DNA of 64,000 nt from Candidatus Binatia bacterium (GTDB taxonomy: Bacteria > Desulfobacterota > Binatia > UBA9968 > JAJDTQ01). The translations under genes were made by a program, and so were the position numbers. The notes below the pieces were generated by a model, which worked only from the letters and a program-made list of their open reading frames with translations, was not told where the DNA came from and did not search any database. Position 1 is the first letter of the stretch, and each line of letters starts with the position of its first letter. The DNA is taken from NCBI GenBank assembly GCA_963666515.2, contig OY762897.2:1856001-1920000 (forward strand), given 5' to 3'. Below are positions 1 through 9,128 of the stretch, piece after piece.

Positions 1-1429
1 CGCCCTGCTGGCGTTGCGGGAGTTGCTGAACGGTGGCTCCGAAGGCGGCTACCGTTGCGTGTACGCCAACGTGGAGGGCGCCCAGGCGATGCGCGAGGAC
101 GTGGCAGAGGCCATGCGATCGATTCTGAGCGAGTTGGCCTTCCGGTCGCGCTCGACGTTGCAAGACGAATTCCCGGGCGAGGTCTGGCCGGAAATCCTGG
201 CCAGGTCCGGCCCTGGCGCCGCGCTCCGGGAGACGTTGAGCCGCTGGTCCGAGGCCGACCCCAGGCCGCTGGTGCTGCTCATCGACGAGATCGACGCACT
301 GGTGGGCGACACCCTGCTGTCGGTGCTGCGCCAACTCCGGGCCGGATACGACCTGCGCCCGCGGAGCTTTCCCCAGAGCGTCGTCCTGTGCGGCGTGCGC
401 GACGTGCGCGACTACCGCATCCATTCGAGCGCGGCGAAGGAGATCATCGCGGGCGGCAGCGCGTTCAACGTCAAGGCCCGCTCACTGCGCCTGGGCGACT
501 TCTCGCGGGATGAAGTGCTGGCGCTGCTGGCGCAGCATACCGAGGAAACCGGGCAGGCGTTCACCGGGGAGGCCCTGGCCGAGGTGCGGACGCTGACCCA
601 GGGGCAGCCCTGGCTGGTCAACGCCCTGGCGGACGACGCCTGTTTTCGCAACGAGGCGGGGCGCGACCGCAGCCGTCCCATCACCGGGGCCGCGGTCACC
701 GAGAGCCGGGAGCGGCTGATCGAGCGCCGGGAGACCCACCTGGACCAGTTGGCGGACAAGCTTCAGGAGGACCGGGTGCGGCGGGTGGTGGGGCCGCTGC
801 TGAGCGGCGGGGAGGAGCGGGAGTTTTCGGCGCGGGACCTGGAATACGCGCGCGATCTCGGCCTGGTGGCTTGCGACGGCCCACTGCGCATCGCCAACCC
901 CATCTACGCGGAGGTGGTGCCGCGGGAGTTGACGTATGCGGCCCAAGCGGGGCTGGTGCAGGAACTGGCCTGGTACGTGGACGCGGAGGGCGGTCTGGAG
1001 GTGAGGAAGCTGCTGACGGCTTTCCAGACGTTTTTCCGGGAGCACTCGGAGCACTGGGTGGCGCGGTTCGACTATCAGGAGGCCGGGCCGCAGCTCCTGT
1101 TGCAGGCATTCCTGCAGCGGGTGGTGAACGGCGGCGGTCGCATCGAGCGGGAATACGGGCTGGGCCGGGGCCGCACCGACCTGCTGATCGTGTGGCCGCA
1201 GGGGGAACGGACGCGGAAGTTCGTGATCGAGTGCAAGGTGCTGCACAAAAGCCTGGAGCGCACCATCGGCGACGGGTTGGAGCAGACGGCGGCGTACATG
1301 GACCGCTGCGCCGCGGAAGCGGGCCATCTGGTGATATTCGACCGCGACCCCGGCCGGAGTTGGGACGACAAGGTGTTTCACCGGCGCGAGTCCGCCGGCA
1401 AGGTCGAGATCGAGGTGTGGGGCATGTGA
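1..1429 (+). CDS. AAA-family ATPase with C-terminal PD-(D/E)XK nuclease-like domain (5' truncated by window edge)
   Basis: Walker B LVLLIDEID; C-terminal GRGRTDLLI...VIECK motif; Walker A lies upstream of the window. Confidence 0.8.
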   Translation, partial: ALLALRELLNGGSEGGYRCVYANVEGAQAMREDVAEAMRSILSELAFRSRSTLQDEFPGEVWPEILARSGPGAALRETLSRWSEADPRPLVLLIDEIDALVGDTLLSVLRQLRAGYDLRPRSFPQSVVLCGVRDVRDYRIHSSAAKEIIAGGSAFNVKARSLRLGDFSRDEVLALLAQHTEETGQAFTGEALAEVRTLTQGQPWLVNALADDACFRNEAGRDRSRPITGAAVTESRERLIERRETHLDQLADKLQEDRVRRVVGPLLSGGEEREFSARDLEYARDLGLVACDGPLRIANPIYAEVVPRELTYAAQAGLVQELAWYVDAEGGLEVRKLLTAFQTFFREHSEHWVARFDYQEAGPQLLLQAFLQRVVNGGGRIEREYGLGRGRTDLLIVWPQGERTRKFVIECKVLHKSLERTIGDGLEQTAAYMDRCAAEAGHLVIFDRDPGRSWDDKVFHRRESAGKVEIEVWGM

Positions 1430-1505
1430 ACCGCCCGCGCCCTTCGACAACAGTCTCGCGGCCGCAGTGACCGCAATCCTCAAGGACGACAGAGGGGAGC
1501 CAACC

Positions 1506-2957
1506 ATGAGCGACGTCCGTTTCATCGACACCACCGTGCGCGACGGCAACCAGAGCCTGTGGGCGCTGAACATGCGCACCGACGCCATGCTGGCGGTGGC
1601 GGAGCACATCGACGAAGCCGGGTTCGAGTCGGCCGAGTTCTTCGTCACGGTGATGTTCAAGAAGCTCGTGCGGGAGCAGAAGGAAGACGCCTGGGACTGG
1701 TTCCGGCTGGGGACCAAGCGGTTCCGTAAGACGCCGCTCCGGCTCCACGGCGGGCTCAAGCTCATCGAGAAGATCCCGGTGTGCGTGTTCGAGTTGATGA
1801 TCCAGCGGATCATGGACTACGGCATCACCCTCACCCGCACCTCCAACTCCTGGAACAACTACGACGAGTTCGACGTGGAGAAGACCGAGTTGAAGAAGCT
1901 CGGCATGGACACGGTGGTGAACCTGATCTACTCGGTGTCGCCGCGGCATACCGACGAGTACTACGCGCAGAAGGCCCGGGAGGCCGCGGCCATCAACCCG
2001 GTGCGAATCTGCTTCAAGGACGTGGGCGGGCTGCTGACCCTGGAGCGGGCGCGGACGCTGATCCCCATCGTGCTGGAGAACATCGGCGACACGCCGGTGG
2101 AGTTCCACGCCCACTGCAACAACGGGCTGGCGCCGCTGTGCTACCTCGAGGCCGTGGACATGGGCATGACCACGCTCCATACCGGCATCCCGCCATTGGC
2201 CAACGGTTCGGCGCAGCCGTCGATCTTCAACGTGGCGCGGAACCTGCGCGCCATGGGCCACAACCCGCTCATCGACGAGGAAGTGCTGCGGCCGGTGACC
2301 GAGAAGCTCCACTACATCGCCCGGCGGGACAACCTGCCGGTGGGCCGGGTGGTGGAGTACGACGAGTCCCAGTACACGCACCAGGTGCCGGGCGGCATGA
2401 TCTCCAACTTCCGCCACCAGCTCGCGCTCATCGACATGCGCGAACGGCTCGACGCCATCCTGGAGGAATGCGTCCGGGTGCGCGAAGAGTGGGGCTATCC
2501 CATCATGGTGACGCCGCTGTCCCAGTTCGTGGGCACCCAGGCGGCCATCAACGTCATCTGCGGCGAGCGCTACAAGGAAGTCACCGACCAGGCCATCCAG
2601 TACGCTCTGGGCTACTGGGGCAGGGAGGGCGCCGAGTACATGAACCCCGAGGTCAAGGACAAGATTCTCGGGCGGCCTCGGGCGAAGGAGTGGGAGCACT
2701 GGGAGCTGCCCTCTCCGTCCATTCAGGAGGTGCGCCGGCAGATCGGCGCCACCCACGTGTCGGACGAGGAGTTTCTGTTGTGGGTCTTCGCCGGCGAGGA
2801 GGCCGTGAAAGCGCTGCCGGACGGCGGCAGGCCCCGGGAATACCTGAACGCCGGCACCCCCCTGGTCAGACTGGTAGGCGAACTCACCCGCCAGGACAAG
2901 GCCAATCACATCTACATCCGCAAGCCGGACTTCTCGCTCACGCTGGGGCGGGCGTGA
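1506..2957 (+). CDS. Pyruvate carboxylase subunit B / oxaloacetate decarboxylase alpha-like carboxyltransferase (HMGL-like + PYC_OADA), no biotinyl domain
   Basis: DTTVRDGNQS, FKDVGG, EFHAHCNNG, HQVPGGM and PIMVTPLSQ motifs; SD GGGGAG before ATG 1506. Confidence 0.85.
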   Translation: MSDVRFIDTTVRDGNQSLWALNMRTDAMLAVAEHIDEAGFESAEFFVTVMFKKLVREQKEDAWDWFRLGTKRFRKTPLRLHGGLKLIEKIPVCVFELMIQRIMDYGITLTRTSNSWNNYDEFDVEKTELKKLGMDTVVNLIYSVSPRHTDEYYAQKAREAAAINPVRICFKDVGGLLTLERARTLIPIVLENIGDTPVEFHAHCNNGLAPLCYLEAVDMGMTTLHTGIPPLANGSAQPSIFNVARNLRAMGHNPLIDEEVLRPVTEKLHYIARRDNLPVGRVVEYDESQYTHQVPGGMISNFRHQLALIDMRERLDAILEECVRVREEWGYPIMVTPLSQFVGTQAAINVICGERYKEVTDQAIQYALGYWGREGAEYMNPEVKDKILGRPRAKEWEHWELPSPSIQEVRRQIGATHVSDEEFLLWVFAGEEAVKALPDGGRPREYLNAGTPLVRLVGELTRQDKANHIYIRKPDFSLTLGRA

Positions 2958-2991
2958 CTGGAGTTGTGATTGTCTGTCGGGGCGTCTCGGA

Positions 2992-3195
2992 TCAGTTGAA
3001 GAAGGCCTTGATGACCAGGCTGGCGACGCCGGCCAGGACGATCGCCAACATGACCTCAACGCGGACCAGACGGTACTCGATGCCTGTGAGGCGAGACTCG
3101 TATCCCGCGATCTCTTCCGCGGCCTCGCGGGCCTTGTCGTCCGGAGCGCCCGCAGCTTTGAGCGCCTCGTACGTCTTGGAAAGCATCATGGCCAT
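2992..3195 (-). CDS. Small coiled-coil protein with C-terminal TM helix (DUF1640/CCDC90-like, phage-related)
   Basis: MAMMLSKTYEALKAAGAPDDKAREAAEEIA followed by a coiled segment and hydrophobic tail MLAIVLAGVASLVIKAFF. Confidence 0.65.
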   Translation of the reverse strand: MAMMLSKTYEALKAAGAPDDKAREAAEEIAGYESRLTGIEYRLVRVEVMLAIVLAGVASLVIKAFFN

Positions 3196-3277
3196 GCTTC
3201 GATTATAGCGATTCACCGGCCACTTGCAAAAGGACAACACGGCGCCGCAAGGAGCCGGTCTCCGAAGTTGAGCGAGA

Positions 3278-3304
3278 TTGACATGCTCCCGGCTATCGGA
3301 TAAT
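3278..3304 (+). promoter_or_regulatory. Putative sigma70 promoter of the amidohydrolase operon
   Basis: TTGACA at 3278 and GATAAT at 3299 (short 15-nt spacer), upstream of SD GGAGGG and GTG 3366. Confidence 0.45.
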
Positions 3305-3365
3305 CCCGAAGGACGGCTAACCACTGCCCGCGACCGCTCCATTTCATTCTCAGGGAGGGAACGCA

Positions 3366-4475
3366 GTGACCTCAACCAATCCCCGACGCATCATCGACGG
3401 CGACGGCCACGTGGTCGAAGACATTGGCGCCATCATCGACAACATGCCGCCGGAGTACATCGGCAAGACGTTCTCGGAGGCGCGGGCCAAGAGCCCGTTT
3501 CCGCCCATCGACCACCTGCACTCGGCCAACCGCCACTATGTGCCGGAAGGGGCTTTTGCCCAAGTGGGGCCGGAGGGCTGGGAGGTGTTCCTGGACGACG
3601 TGCGCATCGACGCCACGGTGCTCTACACCAGCGCCGGGCTGGCCTTCGGCAAGATCGTCAGCCGGGACTGGGCCATCGAGCTGGCGCGGGCCTACAACAA
3701 CTGGATCCACGAGACCTACGTGGCCCGGAGCCCGCGCTTCCAGGCCATGGGGCTGCTTCCGTTGCAGGAGCCCAAGGCCGCGGCCGAGGAGCTGCGCCGA
3801 ATGGTGGAGGAGCTGGGCCTGTGCGGCGCCATGCTGCCGTCCACCGGCGCCAACATGCCGCACCTGGGCTCGGAGCGCTACTGGCCCATCTACCAGGAAG
3901 CGGAGCGGCTGGGCTGCGCCATCGGCATCCACGGCGGCGCCCACGAGGGCATGCTGATGGACGACATGACGCCGTATGCGCCGATAAACGCCCTGGGACA
4001 TCCTATGGGCCAGATGATCTGCTTCGCCGGGATCGTCTTCAACGGCGTCCTGGACAAGTTTCCGGGGCTGCGAATCGGCTTCCTCGAAGCGGGTTGCGCC
4101 TGGCTGCTCACGTGCCTCGAGCGCTTCAACGGCTCCTGGGCGAGCCACGTGCAGTACGACCCCCGCGGGCGTTTCCTCGATCTAGGCGACGGCATGAACA
4201 TGACCGACTACATCTGCCGCCACATCGACGAGGACCGCATCTTCGTGGGCGTCGAGGGCGACGAGCTGTCCATCGCCGAGGCCGTGCGTGTGGTGGGCAA
4301 CAAGCCGTTCCTGTTCTCCTCGGACTATCCCCACGAGGTGGACGCGGCCACCTGCAAGCACGAGCTGCAGGAGTTGGAGGAGAACGAGGAGTTGAGCGAC
4401 GACGACAAGGACGCCATCCTCTTCCGCAACGCCCAGCGCTTCTACCGGCTGGGCGAGGGCGCGGCGCAGGCGTAA
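3366..4475 (+). CDS. Amidohydrolase_2 family metallo-hydrolase/decarboxylase
   Basis: IDGDGHV, ARAYNNW, GIHGG, FLEAG and FSSDYPHE motifs. Confidence 0.9.
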   Translation: MTSTNPRRIIDGDGHVVEDIGAIIDNMPPEYIGKTFSEARAKSPFPPIDHLHSANRHYVPEGAFAQVGPEGWEVFLDDVRIDATVLYTSAGLAFGKIVSRDWAIELARAYNNWIHETYVARSPRFQAMGLLPLQEPKAAAEELRRMVEELGLCGAMLPSTGANMPHLGSERYWPIYQEAERLGCAIGIHGGAHEGMLMDDMTPYAPINALGHPMGQMICFAGIVFNGVLDKFPGLRIGFLEAGCAWLLTCLERFNGSWASHVQYDPRGRFLDLGDGMNMTDYICRHIDEDRIFVGVEGDELSIAEAVRVVGNKPFLFSSDYPHEVDAATCKHELQELEENEELSDDDKDAILFRNAQRFYRLGEGAAQA

Positions 4476-4497
4476 GGAAAGGAACGGGAGGCCAACC

Positions 4498-5586
4498 GTG
4501 AACACGTTTCAAGATCAGACGGTGGTGGACGGCGACGGCCACGTGGTGGAAGACCACGAGGCCATCTGGCAGCGCATGCCGGAGGACTACCGGGTCAGCA
4601 ACTGGTCGATGCGCAGTCCCTTCGGGCCCAACGACCACCTGCACTCGACCAACCGTCACTTCGTTCCCGAGGGCGCGTTCGCCAAGGTGGGACCCGACGG
4701 CTGGATCGAGTTCCTGGAGGACGTGGGAGTCGAAAGCACCGTCCTCTACCCTTCCAACGGCCTCACCCTCGGCCGGGTGGTGAGCCGCGACTGGGCCATC
4801 GAGCTGTCGCGCGCCTACAACGACTGGATCCACGACGAGTACACCGGCCGGAGCCCGCGCTTCCAGGCCGTGGGGCTGATCCCGCTGCACGAGCCGGACG
4901 AGGCGGTGGCGGAGCTGCGGCGCATCGTGGAGGAGCTTCACTTCGCCGGCGCCATGCTGCCGGGGACCGGGGCGAGCCAGCTCCAGAACCACTTGGGCGA
5001 CGAGCGCTACTGGCCCATCTACGAAGAAGCGGACCGGCTCGGCTGCGCCCTGGGCATCCACGGCGGCGTGCACGACAACATGGGGCTGGACGACATGAGC
5101 CCGTACGCGCCGGTGAACGCCCTGGGGCACCCCTTCGGACAGATGGTCAACTTCGCCGGCATCGTCTTCAACGGCGTGCTGGACCGCTACCCCAACGCCC
5201 GCTTCGGCTTCCTGGAGGCCGGCGCGGCGTGGTTCGTGAACTGCCTGGAACGCTTCGAGCGCTCCTGGAGCAGCCACGTCCAGTACGACCCCAACGGGCG
5301 CTTCCTCCAGCTCAAGGAAAACGAATCGGTCACCGACTACGTGCTGAAGCACGTGGACGCCGGCCGCATCTTCGTGGGCGTGGAGGGAGACGAGCTGACC
5401 CTGCCCTTCGCGGTGCGCATCGCGGGCAACAAGCCGTTCCTCTACTCTTCCGACTTCCCCCACGAGGTGAACCACGCCACCGCCAAGGAGGAGATCCAGG
5501 AGCTGCGGGAGAACCTCAGGCTCTCGGACGACGACAAGGCCGCGATCCTGCACGGCAACGCCCGGCGCTTCTACCGGCTCGGTTAA
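4498..5586 (+). CDS. Amidohydrolase_2 family protein, tandem paralog of upstream gene
   Basis: VDGDGHV, GIHGG, FLEAG, YSSDFPHE; collinear with the 3366..4475 protein. Confidence 0.9.
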   Translation: MNTFQDQTVVDGDGHVVEDHEAIWQRMPEDYRVSNWSMRSPFGPNDHLHSTNRHFVPEGAFAKVGPDGWIEFLEDVGVESTVLYPSNGLTLGRVVSRDWAIELSRAYNDWIHDEYTGRSPRFQAVGLIPLHEPDEAVAELRRIVEELHFAGAMLPGTGASQLQNHLGDERYWPIYEEADRLGCALGIHGGVHDNMGLDDMSPYAPVNALGHPFGQMVNFAGIVFNGVLDRYPNARFGFLEAGAAWFVNCLERFERSWSSHVQYDPNGRFLQLKENESVTDYVLKHVDAGRIFVGVEGDELTLPFAVRIAGNKPFLYSSDFPHEVNHATAKEEIQELRENLRLSDDDKAAILHGNARRFYRLG

Positions 5587-5607
5587 GGCTCCACCGGGCT
5601 TCTCGAC

Positions 5608-6882
5608 GTGACGCAGCGCCGACCTCCCCTCTCGGTCCCCTTCTTCTACGGCTGGGTCGTCGTGGCGCTGACCTTTTGCGTCAACCTCACCGCGGCCGGC
5701 ACCCGCTCCGCCGCAACGCTGCTGATCAAGCCGCTGGAAGCGGAGTTCGGCTGGAGCCGCGCCCTGGTTTCCGTGCCAGGCGCCATGAACCTCCTGCTGT
5801 TCGGCATCGGCGCGCCCGTCGCGGGCTGGCTGGTGGACCGCTACGGCTCCCGCCGGGTGGTGTATTACTCCCTGGGCATGGTGACCGCGGGCCTGTTGGC
5901 AACGGCCTTCATCCAGCAATGGTGGCAGCTCCTGCTGTTCTGGGGCCTGGTGGTGGGCGTCGGCACCAGCGCCACCCCCGTGCTGGCCGCGGCGGTGGCC
6001 AACCGCTGGTTCGTCAAGCACCGCGGCGTCACCATCGGCCTCCTCACCAACGGCAACGCCGCCGGCCAGATGGTCTTCCTGCCCCTGCTTTCGCTCGTCA
6101 TCCTCGCCAGCGGCTGGCGCGGCAGCATGCTGTTCATGGGCGCCGTCGCCTTCGGCCTGATGGTGCTGGTGGGGATGTGGATGCGCGACGACCCGGAGGA
6201 CGTCGGCCTGGAACGCTACGGACTGGGGGCCGGCGCGCAGAGCGGTTCGGGCGCCGAACCGGCGGAGCCGCCGGCATCCGCCACCCCCATTCGGGACGCC
6301 TTCCGCAGCCCCACGTTCTGGCTGTTGAGCGCCGGCTTCTTCGTCTGCGGCGTGACCGCCAACGGGCTCATCGGCCTGCACCTGATACCTCACGTGGTCG
6401 ACGAGCTGGGCATCCCCTTCTTCACCGCCAGCCTGATCTTCGGCGTGATGGGCGGCATCAGCTTCATCGGCACCATCGGCGCCGGCTGGCTGGTTGACCG
6501 GGTGGACGCCCGCAAGGTCCTGGCCCTGGCCTACTTCCTGCGCGGCTGCGCGCTGTTCCTGCTGCCCTTCGTCGACACCCTGCCCGGATTGATCCTGTTC
6601 GCCACGGTGTACGGCATCGACTGGTACGCCACCGGACCCGCCACCACGGCCATCGCCGCGGACACCTTCGGCCGGCACGCGGTGGCGCGCATCTTCGGCT
6701 GGATCTTTCTGGCGCATCAGTTGGGCGCCAGTTCGGCGGGCAATATCGCCGGCATCGTTTACGATGTCTTCGGAGAATACCAGTACGCGTTCCTCACCGG
6801 CGCCACCATGGCGATCATCGCCGCCGTCCTGGTGATGCAGATTTCGCCCAAGGAGCCACGGTTGGCTCCGGCGCCGGCGTAA
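5608..6882 (+). CDS. MFS transporter (OFA/MCT-like)
   Basis: About 12 hydrophobic segments; FFYGWVVV start; GWLVDRYGSRR motif A. Confidence 0.9.
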   Translation: MTQRRPPLSVPFFYGWVVVALTFCVNLTAAGTRSAATLLIKPLEAEFGWSRALVSVPGAMNLLLFGIGAPVAGWLVDRYGSRRVVYYSLGMVTAGLLATAFIQQWWQLLLFWGLVVGVGTSATPVLAAAVANRWFVKHRGVTIGLLTNGNAAGQMVFLPLLSLVILASGWRGSMLFMGAVAFGLMVLVGMWMRDDPEDVGLERYGLGAGAQSGSGAEPAEPPASATPIRDAFRSPTFWLLSAGFFVCGVTANGLIGLHLIPHVVDELGIPFFTASLIFGVMGGISFIGTIGAGWLVDRVDARKVLALAYFLRGCALFLLPFVDTLPGLILFATVYGIDWYATGPATTAIAADTFGRHAVARIFGWIFLAHQLGASSAGNIAGIVYDVFGEYQYAFLTGATMAIIAAVLVMQISPKEPRLAPAPA

Positions 6883-6937
6883 CGCGGTCCGAGGGGATCG
6901 GCAAGCATTCGCCAATTCGTTCAAGACGGAGGCTTCC

Positions 6938-7951
6938 ATGCAACTACCACCCATCGCCGCCACCACCATCGGCAGCTTTCCCCGGCCCAGGTGGCTGGCC
7001 AACGCGATCCGCAGCACCGTCACCTTCAACCTGGAAGGGGACCTGTTGCAGGAAGGCCTCGACGACGCCACCACCCTCGCCATCCGCGGTCAGGAGCTGG
7101 CGGGCCTCGACCTCGTCACCGACGGCGAGCAGCGGCGTCCCCACTTCATCGACCACATCCTGAACTCCATGGAGGGCGTGGACACGGTGAACCGCGTACC
7201 CAAGGGCGTGTACCGGAGGCGCGACGATGTCCACCAGGTGCCGCGGGTGCACGGCGCCATCAGGCGACGACACCCGGCGGTAGTGGAGGACCTGCAATAC
7301 GCCAAGACGCGCACGGACCGGCCCGTCAAGATGGCGGTGCCTGGGCCCATGACGGTGGTGGACAGCACCAGCGACGACCACTACGGCGGGGACGAAGCCG
7401 CCATGGCCATGGACGTGGCCGCCGTCATCAACGCGGAGCTGCGGGATCTTCAGGCGGCGGGCGCCGACGTGGTGCAGATCGACGAGCCCGCCATGACCCG
7501 CTACCACGAGAAGGTGGCCGATTACGGCGCCCGCGCCCTGGACCGCTGCATCGAGGGCATCACCATCCCTACCATCGTGCACCTCTGCTACGGCTACCCC
7601 GGCGGCAAGAGCTTGCAGCACGAGTACGAGTACCCGGAGCTGTTCCCGTTGCTGCTCGAAACCAACATCGGCGGCTTCGCCGTGGAGTTCGCCCGCAGCA
7701 ACTACGACCCGGCCATCCTCGAACCGTGCAGGGAACGGCTCGTCATGTTCGGCGCCGTGGACCCCAGCGACGTCCCGGTGCCGCCGGTGGAATCGGTGGT
7801 GACGCGGGTGCGTGAAGCCCTGCGCTACCTCGACCCGGACAAGCTGCTTTTGGCCCCGGACTGCGGCCTCATGACCGTGAGCCGGGATCTCGCCTTCGCC
7901 AAGGCCAGGCTGCTGGCCGGCGCCGCGACCGAGTTGCGCCGGACCCTGTGA
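6938..7951 (+). CDS. Cobalamin-independent methionine synthase II family (single-barrel, core MetE-like Zn thiol alkyltransferase)
   Basis: IGSFPRP, VTDGEQRR, QIDEP, Zn ligands HLCYG...E...APDCG; lacks the N-terminal MetE barrel. Confidence 0.85.
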   Translation: MQLPPIAATTIGSFPRPRWLANAIRSTVTFNLEGDLLQEGLDDATTLAIRGQELAGLDLVTDGEQRRPHFIDHILNSMEGVDTVNRVPKGVYRRRDDVHQVPRVHGAIRRRHPAVVEDLQYAKTRTDRPVKMAVPGPMTVVDSTSDDHYGGDEAAMAMDVAAVINAELRDLQAAGADVVQIDEPAMTRYHEKVADYGARALDRCIEGITIPTIVHLCYGYPGGKSLQHEYEYPELFPLLLETNIGGFAVEFARSNYDPAILEPCRERLVMFGAVDPSDVPVPPVESVVTRVREALRYLDPDKLLLAPDCGLMTVSRDLAFAKARLLAGAATELRRTL

Positions 7952-8042
7952 CCCCTGTCACGGCGAGAGCCGGGCACACCGGCGTGGACTTCAAGCCCGC
8001 GCCCGCGTCTGACCATGCGCAGACGAAGAAGGAACGGCCCTG

Positions 8043-8537
8043 ATGTACCGAGTCGTGGAACTTCCCGGCGGCGTTGCCGGCCGCCTGTACCTGGGCAGCA
8101 TGCCCGGACGTTACGAGGTGTTCGAGGAAGCCCTTCGAGCCATCGTCGAACACCGGATCACGCGGGTGGTCTGCCTCGTGCCGCCCGACGAGTTGCAGGA
8201 CAAGTCGCCGCTCTATGCCCGCGCGCTCAAGGAGGCCAGGGTGCCATGGGCGCACGAAAGCTTTCCCGTGGAAGACTTCGAGGCGCCCGCGGACCGGGAA
8301 GCCTTCTGGGCGCTGGCGCGAAAGGCCGCCGGACGGCTCGCCGGCGGCGAGACCATTCTCGTGCACTGCGCCGCGGGCATCGGCCGCACCGGGACGTTTG
8401 CCGTGTGCGTGCTGCTGGCGCTGGGACTGACCGCCGCGGAGGCGCGCACCGCGGTGCGGAGAGCCGGCTCCAGCCCTCAGACCGCGGCCCAGGAAGAGCT
8501 GGTCCACTGGGCCGCCGGACTGGGGCCCGCCGCCTGA
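8043..8537 (+). CDS. Dual-specificity/protein-tyrosine phosphatase family protein
   Basis: HCAAGIGRT (HCX5R) loop; C-terminal QTAAQ. Confidence 0.9.
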   Translation: MYRVVELPGGVAGRLYLGSMPGRYEVFEEALRAIVEHRITRVVCLVPPDELQDKSPLYARALKEARVPWAHESFPVEDFEAPADREAFWALARKAAGRLAGGETILVHCAAGIGRTGTFAVCVLLALGLTAAEARTAVRRAGSSPQTAAQEELVHWAAGLGPAA

Positions 8538-8609
8538 AATTCTTCCTTCCCGCACCCCATCGTGGTACAAGGGTCCCGAGTTGAAGTCGCTTCGAGGGAG
8601 GACCTGAAG

Positions 8610-9128
8610 ATGAGCAGCATCACACCGCCTCTCAACTTCGCCAAGTGGATCGACGAGCACCGTCACCTGCTCAAGCCGCCGGTGGGCAACCAGGTGGTCT
8701 ACAAGGACACCGAGTTCACGATCATGGTGGTGGGGGGACCCAACACCCGCAAGGACTACCACGTGGACGAGGGCGAGGAGTTCTTCTACCAGCTCGAAGG
8801 CGACATGACCCTCAGGATCATGGAAGACGGCGCGCCCCGGGACATCCCCATCCGCGCGGGCGAGATCTTTCTGCTACCTCCAAAGGTGCCGCACTCGCCG
8901 CAGCGGAAGGCCGACACCGTCGGCCTCGTCGTCGAACGCCAGCGGCGCGAGGGCGAGCTGGACTGGTTCCAGTGGTACTGCGACGACTGCCACGCCAAGA
9001 TCTACGAGGAATCGGTGCAGCTCACCGACATCGTAGCCCAGCTCCCGCCCATCTTCGAGCGCTTCTGGAAGAACGAGGCCAACCGGAAGTGTGACGGCTG
9101 CGGATCGGTGATGGAGCCGGTCAACTGA
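8610..9128 (+). CDS. nbaC: 3-hydroxyanthranilate 3,4-dioxygenase
   Basis: LKPPVGN, GGPNTRKDYH, EEFFYQLEG, VPHSPQR; two CxxC rubredoxin-site motifs; SD GGAGG. Confidence 0.93.
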   Translation: MSSITPPLNFAKWIDEHRHLLKPPVGNQVVYKDTEFTIMVVGGPNTRKDYHVDEGEEFFYQLEGDMTLRIMEDGAPRDIPIRAGEIFLLPPKVPHSPQRKADTVGLVVERQRREGELDWFQWYCDDCHAKIYEESVQLTDIVAQLPPIFERFWKNEANRKCDGCGSVMEPVN

